From contig JBHGNT010000040.1 of assembly GCA_043228905.1 (NCBI GenBank), positions 196,061-260,060 of the forward strand: DNA of 64,000 nt. The letters run 5' to 3'. This stretch comes from Azolla caroliniana (taxonomy: Eukaryota; Plantae; Polypodiophyta). The translations under genes and the position numbers were made by a program. Shown one piece after another: positions 55,001 through 64,000 of the stretch (positions within the stretch are counted from its first letter, which is position 1; each line of letters begins with the position of its first letter). The notes beneath the pieces were generated by a model. That model was not told the origin of the DNA, searched no databases, and worked only from the letters and a program-made list of their open reading frames with translations.

Positions 55001-58000
55001 TTTACTAATTTCATCATGTCTCTCGAGTTGAGTTTTAAAATCATGATTTTCTAATTCCATATCATAGCTAGTGTTGTTAGCTTCGATTCGCATGTTTGAA
55101 CACAAAAATCGGATATCACACGAGCCAGGTATGACAATTTTAATTTACTCAAGCGATCTTCTCAACTCCCTCCTCTGATTTACTAATTTCCTCATGTCTC
55201 TCGACCTGAGTTTCAAAATCTTGATTTTCTAATTCCATATCATAGCTAGTGTTGTTAGCTTCGATTCGCAGGGTTGAACACAACAATCCGATATCACACG
55301 AGCCAGGTACGAACATTTTAATTTACTCACGCGCTCTTCTCAACTCCCTCCTCTGATTTACTAATTTCATCATGTCTCTCGAGTTGAGTTTTAAAATCAT
55401 GATTTTCTAATTCCATATCATAGCTAGTGTTGTTAGCTTCGATTCGCATGTTTGAACACAAAAATCGGATATCACACGAGCCAGGTATGACAATTTTAAT
55501 TTACTCAAGCGATCTTCTCAACTCCCTCCTCTAATTTACTAATTTCATCATGTCTCTCGACCTGAGCTTCAAAATCTTGATTTTCTAATTCCATATAATA
55601 GCTAGTGTTGTTTGCTTCGATTCGCAGGTTTGAACACAACAATCCGATATCACACGAGCCAGGTATGAACATTTTAATTTACTCACGCGCTCTTCTCAAC
55701 TCCCTCCTCTAATTTACTAATTTCTTCATGTCTCTCGACCTGAGTTTCAAAATCTTGATTTTTTAATTCCATATCATAGCTAGTGTTATTAGCTGCGATT
55801 CGCATGATTGGAACACTAAAATCGGATATCACACGAGCCAGTTATGAACATTTTAGTTTACTCACGCGCTCTTCTCAACTCCCTCGTCTAATTTGCTAAT
55901 TTCTTCATGTCTCTCGACCTGAGTTTCAAAATTTTGATTTTTTAATTCCATATCATAGCTAGTGTTGTTAGCTTCGATTCGCATGTTTGAACACAAAAAT
56001 CGGATATTATACGAGCCAGGTATGACAACTTTAATTTACTCACGCGCTCTTCTCAACTCCCTCCTCTAATTTACTAATTTCTTCATGTCTCTCGACCTGA
56101 GTTTCAAAAACTTGATTTTCTAATTCCATATCATAGCTAGTGTTGTTAGCTTCGATTCGCAGGTTTGAACACAACAATGCGATATCACACGAGCCAGGTA
56201 CGAACATTTTAATTTACTCACGCGCTCTTCTCAACTCCCTCCTCTGATTTACTAATTTCATCATGTCTCTCGAGTTGAGTTTTAAAATCATGATTTTCTA
56301 ATTCCATATCATAGCTAGTGTTGTTAGCTTCGATTCGCATGTTTGAACACAAAAATCGGATATCACACGAGCCAGGTATGACAATTTTAATTTACTCAAG
56401 CGATCTTCTCAACTCCCTCCTCTGATTTACTAATTTCCTCATGTCTCTCGACCTGAGTTTCAAAATCTTGATTTTCTAATTCCATATCATAGCTAGTGTT
56501 GTTAGCTTCGATTCGCAGGGTTGAACACAACAATCCGATATCACACGAGCCAGGTACGAACATTTTAATTTACTCACGCGCTCTTCTCAACTCCCTCCTC
56601 TGATTTACTAATTTCATCATGTCTCTCGAGTTGAGTTTTAAAATCATGATTTTCTAATTCCATATCATAGCTAGTGTTGTTAGCTTCGATTCGCATGTTT
56701 GAACACAAAAATCGGATATCACACGAGCCAGGTATGACAATTTTAATTTACTCAAGCGATCTTCTCAACTCCCTCCTCTAATTTACTAATTTCATCATGT
56801 CTCTCGACCTGAGCTTCAAAATCTTGATTTTCTAATTCCATATAATAGCTAGTGTTGTTTGCTTCGATTCGCAGGTTTGAACACAACAATCCGATATCAC
56901 ACGAGCCAGGTATGAACATTTTAATTTACTCACGCGCTCTTCTCAACTCCCTCCTCTAATTTACTAATTTCTTCATGTCTCTCGACCTGAGTTTCAAAAT
57001 CTTGTTTTTTTAATTCCATATCATAGCTAGTGTTATTAGCTGCGATTCGCATGATTGGAACACTAAAATCGGATATCACACGAGCCAGTTATGAACATTT
57101 TAATTTACTCACGCGCTCTTCTCAACTCCCTCCTCTACTTTGCCAATTTCTTCATGTCTCTCGACCTGAGTTTCAAAATCTTGATTTTTTAATTCCATAT
57201 CATAGCTAGTGTTGTTAGCTTCGATTCGCATGTTTGAACACACAAATCGGACATCACACGAGCCAGGTATGACAACTTTAATTTACTCACGCGCTCTTCT
57301 CAACTCCCTCCTCTAATTTACTAATTTCTTCATGTCTCTCGACCTGAGTTTCAAAAACTTGATTTATTAATTCCATATCATAGCTAGTGTTGTTAGCTTC
57401 AATTCACAGGTTTGAACACAACAATGCGATATCACACGAGCCAGGTACGAACATTTTAATTTACTCACGCGCTCTTCTCAACTCCCTCCTCTGATTTACT
57501 AATTTCATCATGTCTCTCGAGTTGAGTTTTAAAATCATGATTTTCTAATTCCATATCATAGCTAGTGTTGTTAGCTTCGATTCGCATGTTTGAACACAAA
57601 AATCGGATATCACACGAGCCAGGTATGACAACTTTAATTTACTCACGCGCTCTTCTCAACTCCCTCCTCTGATTTACTAATTTCTTCATGTCTCTCGACC
57701 TGAGTTTCAAAATCTTGATTTTTTAATTCCATATCATAGCTATTGTTATTAGCTTCGATTCACATGTTTGAACACTAAAATCCGATATTACACAAACAAG
57801 GTATGACAATTTTAATTTACTCACTTGCTCTTCTCAACTCCCTCCTCTAATTTACTAATTTCTTCATGTCTCTCGACCTGAGTTTCAAAATCTTGATTTT
57901 TTAAGTCCATATCATAGCTAGTGTTATTAGCTGCGATTCGCATGATTGGAACACTAAATCGGATATCACACGAGCCAGTTATGAATATTTTAATTTACTC

Positions 58001-61000
58001 ACGCGCTCTTCTCAACTCCCTCCTCTAATTTGCTAATTTCTTCATGTCTCTCGACCTGAGTTTCAAAATCTTGATTTTTTAATTCCATATCATAGCTAGT
58101 GTTGTTAGCTTCGATTCGCATGTTTGAACACAAAAATCGGATATCACAAGAGCCAGGTATGACAACTTTAATTTACTCACGCGCTCTTCTCAACTCCCTC
58201 CTCTAATTTACTAATTTCTTCATGTCTCTCGACCTGAGTTTCAAAATCTTGATTTTTTAATTCCATATCATAGCTATTGTTATTAGCTTCGATTCACATG
58301 TTTGAACACTAAAATCCGATATTACACAAACAAGGTATGACAATTTTAATTTACTCACTTGCTCTTCTCAACTCCCTTCTCTAATTTACTAATTTCTTCA
58401 TGTCTCTCGACCTGAGTTTCAAAATCTTGATTTTTTAATTCCATATCATAGCTAGTGTTATTAGCTGCGATTCGCATGATTGGAACACTAAAATCGGATA
58501 TCACACGAGCCAGTTATGAACATTTTAGTTTACTCACGCGCTCTTCTCAACTCCCTCGTCTAATTTGCTAATTTCTTCATGTCTCTCGACCTGAGTTTCA
58601 AAATTTTGATTTTTTAATTCCATATCATAGCTAGTGTTGTTAGCTTCGATTCGCATGTTTGAACACAAAAATCGGATATTATACGAGCCAGGTATGACAA
58701 CTTTAATTTACTCACGCGCTCTTCTCAACTCCCTCCTCTAATTTACTAATTTCTTCATGTCTCTCGACCTGAGTTTCAAAAACTTGATTTTCTAATTCCA
58801 TATCATAGCTAGTGTTGTTAGCTTCGATTCGCAGGTTTGAACACAACAATGCGATATCACACGAGCCAGGTACGAACATTTTAATTTACTCACGCGCTCT
58901 TCTCAACTCCCTCCTCTGATTTACTAATTTCATCATGTCTCTCGAGTTGAGTTTTAAAATCATGATTTTCTAATTCCATATCATAGCTAGTGTTGTTAGC
59001 TTCGATTCGCATGTTTGAACACAAAAATCGGATATCACACGAGCCAGGTATGACAATTTTAATTTACTCAAGCGATCTTCTCAACTCCCTCCTCTGATTT
59101 ACTAATTTCCTCATGTCTCTCGACCTGAGTTTCAAAATCTTGATTTTCTAATTCCATATCATAGCTAGTGTTGTTAGCTTCGATTCGCAGGGTTGAACAC
59201 AACAATCCGATATCACACGAGCCAGGTACGAACATTTTAATTTACTCACGCGCTCTTCTCAACTCCCTCCTCTGATTTACTAATTTCATCATGTCTCTCG
59301 AGTTGAGTTTTAAAATCATGATTTTCTAATTCCATATCATAGCTAGTGTTGTTAGCTTCGATTCGCATGTTTGAACACAAAAATCGGATATCACACGAGC
59401 CAGGTATGACAATTTTAATTTACTCAAGCGATCTTCTCAACTCCCTCCTCTAATTTACTAATTTCATCATGTCTCTCGACCTGAGCTTCAAAATCTTGAT
59501 TTTCTAATTCCATATAATAGCTAGTGTTGTTTGCTTCGATTCGCAGGTTTGAACACAACAATCCGATATCACACGAGCCAGGTATGAACATTTTAATTTA
59601 CTCACGCGCTCTTCTCAACTCCCTCCTCTAATTTACTAATTTCTTCATGTCTCTCGACCTGAGTTTCAAAATCTTGATTTTTTAATTCCATATCATAGCT
59701 AGTGTTATTAGCTGCGATTCGCATGATTGGAACACTAAAATCGGATATCACACGAGCCAGTTATGAACATTTTAGTTTACTCACGCGCTCTTCTCAACTC
59801 CCTCGTCTAATTTGCTAATTTCTTCATGTCTCTCGACCTGAGTTTCAAAATTTTGATTTTTTAATTCCATATCATAGCTAGTGTTGTTAGCTTCGATTCG
59901 CATGTTTGAACACAAAAATCGGATATTATACGAGCCAGGTATGACAACTTTAATTTACTCACGCGCTCTTCTCAACTCCCTCCTCTAATTTACTAATTTC
60001 TTCATGTCTCTCGACCTGAGTTTCAAAAACTTGATTTTCTAATTCCATATCATAGCTAGTGTTGTTAGCTTCGATTCGCAGGTTTGAACACAACAATGCG
60101 ATATCACACGAGCCAGGTACGAACATTTTAATTTACTCACGCGCTCTTCTCAACTCCCTCCTCTGATTTACTAATTTCATCATGTCTCTCGAGTTGAGTT
60201 TTAAAATCATGATTTTCTAATTCCATATCATAGCTAGTGTTGTTAGCTTCGATTCGCATGTTTGAACACAAAAATCGGATATCACACGAGCCAGGTATGA
60301 CAATTTTAATTTACTCAAGCGATCTTCTCAACTCCCTCCTCTGATTTACTAATTTCCTCATGTCTCTCGACCTGAGTTTCAAAATCTTGATTTTCTAATT
60401 CCATATCATAGCTAGTGTTGTTAGCTTCGATTCGCAGGGTTGAACACAACAATCCGATATCACACGAGCCAGGTACGAACATTTTAATTTACTCACGCGC
60501 TCTTCTCAACTCCCTCCTCTGATTTACTAATTTCATCATGTCTCTCGAGTTGAGTTTTAAAATCATGATTTTCTAATTCCATATCATAGCTAGTGTTGTT
60601 AGCTTCGATTCGCATGTTTGAACACAAAAATCGGATATCACACGAGCCAGGTATGACAATTTTAATTTACTCAAGCGATCTTCTCAACTCCCTCCTCTAA
60701 TTTACTAATTTCATCATGTCTCTCGACCTGAGCTTCAAAATCTTGATTTTCTAATTCCATATAATAGCTAGTGTTGTTTGCTTCGATTCGCAGGTTTGAA
60801 CACAACAATCCGATATCACACGAGCCAGGTATGAACATTTTAATTTACTCACGCGCTCTTCTCAACTCCCTCCTCTAATTTACTAATTTCTTCATGTCTC
60901 TCGACCTGAGTTTCAAAATCTTGTTTTTTTAATTCCATATCATAGCTAGTGTTATTAGCTGCGATTCGCATGATTGGAACACTAAAATCGGATATCACAC

Positions 61001-64000
61001 GAGCCAGTTATGAACATTTTAATTTACTCACGCGCTCTTCTCAACTCCCTCCTCTACTTTGCCAATTTCTTCATGTCTCTCGACCTGAGTTTCAAAATCT
61101 TGATTTTTTAATTCCATATCATAGCTAGTGTTGTTAGCTTCGATTCGCATGTTTGAACACACAAATCGGACATCACACGAGCCAGGTATGACAACTTTAA
61201 TTTACTCACGCGCTCTTCTCAACTCCCTCCTCTAATTTACTAATTTCTTCATGTCTCTCGACCTGAGTTTCAAAAACTTGATTTATTAATTCCATATCAT
61301 AGCTAGTGTTGTTAGCTTCAATTCACAGGTTTGAACACAACAATGCGATATCACACGAGCCAGGTACGAACATTTTAATTTACTCACGCGCTCTTCTCAA
61401 CTCCCTCCTCTGATTTACTAATTTCATCATGTCTCTCGAGTTGAGTTTTAAAATCATGATTTTCTAATTCCATATCATAGCTAGTGTTGTTAGCTTCGAT
61501 TCGCATGTTTGAACACAAAAATCGGATATCACACGAGCCAGGTATGACAACTTTAATTTACTCACGCGCTCTTCTCAACTCCCTCCTCTGATTTACTAAT
61601 TTCTTCATGTCTCTCGACCTGAGTTTCAAAATCTTGATTTTTTAATTCCATATCATAGCTATTGTTATTAGCTTCGATTCACATGTTTGAACACTAAAAT
61701 CCGATATTACACAAACAAGGTATGACAATTTTAATTTACTCACTTGCTCTTCTCAACTCCCTCCTCTAATTTACTAATTTCTTCATGTCTCTCGACCTGA
61801 GTTTCAAAATCTTGATTTTTTAAGTCCATATCATAGCTAGTGTTATTAGCTGCGATTCGCATGATTGGAACACTAAATCGGATATCACACGAGCCAGTTA
61901 TGAATATTTTAATTTACTCACGCGCTCTTCTCAACTCCCTCCTCTAATTTGCTAATTTCTTCATGTCTCTCGACCTGAGTTTCAAAATCTTGATTTTTTA
62001 ATTCCATATCATAGCTAGTGTTGTTAGCTTCGATTCGCATGTTTGAACACAAAAATCGGATATCACAAGAGCCAGGTATGACAACTTTAATTTACTCACG
62101 CGCTCTTCTCAACTCCCTCCTCTAATTTACTAATTTCTTCATGTCTCTCGACCTGAGTTTCAAAATCTTGATTTTTTAATTCCATATCATAGCTATTGTT
62201 ATTAGCTTCGATTCACATGTTTGAACACTAAAATCCGATATTACACAAACAAGGTATGACAATTTTAATTTACTCACTTGCTCTTCTCAACTCCCTTCTC
62301 TAATTTACTAATTTCTTCATGTCTCTCGACCTGAGTTTCAAAATCTTGATTTTTTAATTCCATATCATAGCTAGTGTTATTAGCTGCGATTCGCATGATT
62401 GGAACACTAAAATCGGATATCACACGAGCCAGTTATGAACATTTTAGTTTACTCACGCGCTCTTCTCAACTCCCTCGTCTAATTTGCTAATTTCTTCATG
62501 TCTCTCGACCTGAGTTTCAAAATTTTGATTTTTTAATTCCATATCATAGCTAGTGTTGTTAGCTTCGATTCGCATGTTTGAACACAAAAATCGGATATTA
62601 TACGAGCCAGGTATGACAACTTTAATTTACTCACGCGCTCTTCTCAACTCCCTCCTCTAATTTACTAATTTCTTCATGTCTCTCGACCTGAGTTTCAAAA
62701 ACTTGATTTTCTAATTCCATATCATAGCTAGTGTTGTTAGCTTCGATTCGCAGGTTTGAACACAACAATGCGATATCACACGAGCCAGGTACGAACATTT
62801 TAATTTACTCACGCGCTCTTCTCAACTCCCTCCTCTGATTTACTAATTTCATCATGTCTCTCGAGTTGAGTTTTAAAATCATGATTTTCTAATTCCATAT
62901 CATAGCTAGTGTTGTTAGCTTCGATTCGCATGTTTGAACACAAAAATCGGATATCACACGAGCCAGGTATGACAATTTTAATTTACTCAAGCGATCTTCT
63001 CAACTCCCTCCTCTGATTTACTAATTTCCTCATGTCTCTCGACCTGAGTTTCAAAATCTTGATTTTCTAATTCCATATCATAGCTAGTGTTGTTAGCTTC
63101 GATTCGCAGGGTTGAACACAACAATCCGATATCACACGAGCCAGGTACGAACATTTTAATTTACTCACGCGCTCTTCTCAACTCCCTCCTCTGATTTACT
63201 AATTTCATCATGTCTCTCGAGTTGAGTTTTAAAATCATGATTTTCTAATTCCATATCATAGCTAGTGTTGTTAGCTTCGATTCGCATGTTTGAACACAAA
63301 AATCGGATATCACACGAGCCAGGTATGACAATTTTAATTTACTCAAGCGATCTTCTCAACTCCCTCCTCTAATTTACTAATTTCATCATGTCTCTCGACC
63401 TGAGCTTCAAAATCTTGATTTTCTAATTCCATATAATAGCTAGTGTTGTTTGCTTCGATTCGCAGGTTTGAACACAACAATCCGATATCACACGAGCCAG
63501 GTATGAACATTTTAATTTACTCACGCGCTCTTCTCAACTCCCTCCTCTAATTTACTAATTTCTTCATGTCTCTCGACCTGAGTTTCAAAATCTTGTTTTT
63601 TTAATTCCATATCATAGCTAGTGTTATTAGCTGCGATTCGCATGATTGGAACACTAAAATCGGATATCACACGAGCCAGTTATGAACATTTTAATTTACT
63701 CACGCGCTCTTCTCAACTCCCTCCTCTACTTTGCCAATTTCTTCATGTCTCTCGACCTGAGTTTCAAAATCTTGATTTTTTAATTCCATATCATAGCTAG
63801 TGTTGTTAGCTTCGATTCGCATGTTTGAACACACAAATCGGACATCACACGAGCCAGGTATGACAACTTTAATTTACTCACGCGCTCTTCTCAACTCCCT
63901 CCTCTAATTTACTAATTTCTTCATGTCTCTCGACCTGAGTTTCAAAAACTTGATTTATTAATTCCATATCATAGCTAGTGTTGTTAGCTTCAATTCACAG
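52090..64000 (+). repeat. Highly homogeneous nested HOR: 15-mer (2,672 bp) and 22-mer (3,919 bp = 15-mer plus duplicated 7-mer of 1,247 bp)
   Basis: gagcttcaaa at 52918, 55564, 56811, 59483, 60730, 63402 (steps 2646, 1247, 2672, 1247, 2672); cttgttttttt at 53108, 57001, 60920, 63592 (steps 3893, 3919, 2672); acactaaatcgg at 54032, 57951, 61870. Confidence 0.92.
53128..53140 (+). other. Net 26-bp deletion (27 bp lost, 1 nt inserted) within a monomer
   Basis: tcatagaattgga replaces tcatagctagtgttattagctgcgattcgcatgattgga, seen in the equivalent HOR monomer at ~57021; HOR spacings spanning this site are exactly 26 bp shorter. Confidence 0.9.

Larger units (their letters stand above)
1..64000. 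repeat. Satellite DNA tandem array, 178/179-bp monomer, about 359 head-to-tail copies in one orientation (candidate centromeric/pericentromeric satellite, family unassigned)
   Basis: The unit tcttgatttt(t/c)taattccatatcatagctagtgtt...catgtctctcgacctgagtttcaaaa recurs at 1, 180, 358 and onward to the end of the window. Units with catgatttgaac/catgattggaac are 179 bp and units with catgtttgaac/caggtttgaac are 178 bp. The array runs off both ends. The centromeric role is inferred from monomer size and HOR organisation only. Confidence 0.98.
18231..64000. repeat. Satellite variant domain R (right subfamily)
   Basis: Diagnostic variants catgattggaac (first at ~18596), tcacttgct (first at ~18476) and gcaggtttgaacacaacaatccg; from ~26.7 kb also ctcgagttgagttttaaaatcatg and tcaagcgatc. 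Confidence 0.8.

Noticed and set aside
1-64000. CRISPR array or repeat-spacer cassette interpretation
   Set aside because: There are no unique spacers; the entire 178-bp unit is repeated with only point variants, and no cas or integrase gene is present.
1-64000. Transposon insertion, inversion or telomeric repeat within the array
   Set aside because: Reading through the window I found no non-satellite sequence, no strand switch and no telomere-type motif runs.

Overview
The whole 64-kb window is one uninterrupted, head-to-tail, single-orientation satellite DNA array of roughly 359 copies of a 178/179-bp AT-rich monomer (first unit 1-179, next starts at 180 and 358). I see no genes, RNA genes, transposons, inversions or unique spacers; every ORF in the supplied track is a chance read-through of about one monomer. 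The monomer length and organisation fit a eukaryotic centromeric or pericentromeric satellite, but I do not recognise the family or the organism. The informative content is architectural: (i) two variant domains with a transition near 16.7-18.6 kb and further turnover near 26.7 kb; (ii) nested higher-order repeats and block duplications (2-, 5-, 6-, 10-, 11-, 17-, 15/22-mers, plus a >=6.5-kb duplication at offset 10,504); (iii) a mosaic patch at about 7.85-10.5 kb built from short out-of-order pieces, with two microhomology junctions 50 bp apart; and (iv) two dyad symmetries inside the monomer that coincide with most of the larger indels. I did not find evidence of a new gene-based system. All offsets were read by eye from diagnostic variants, so block boundaries are approximate.
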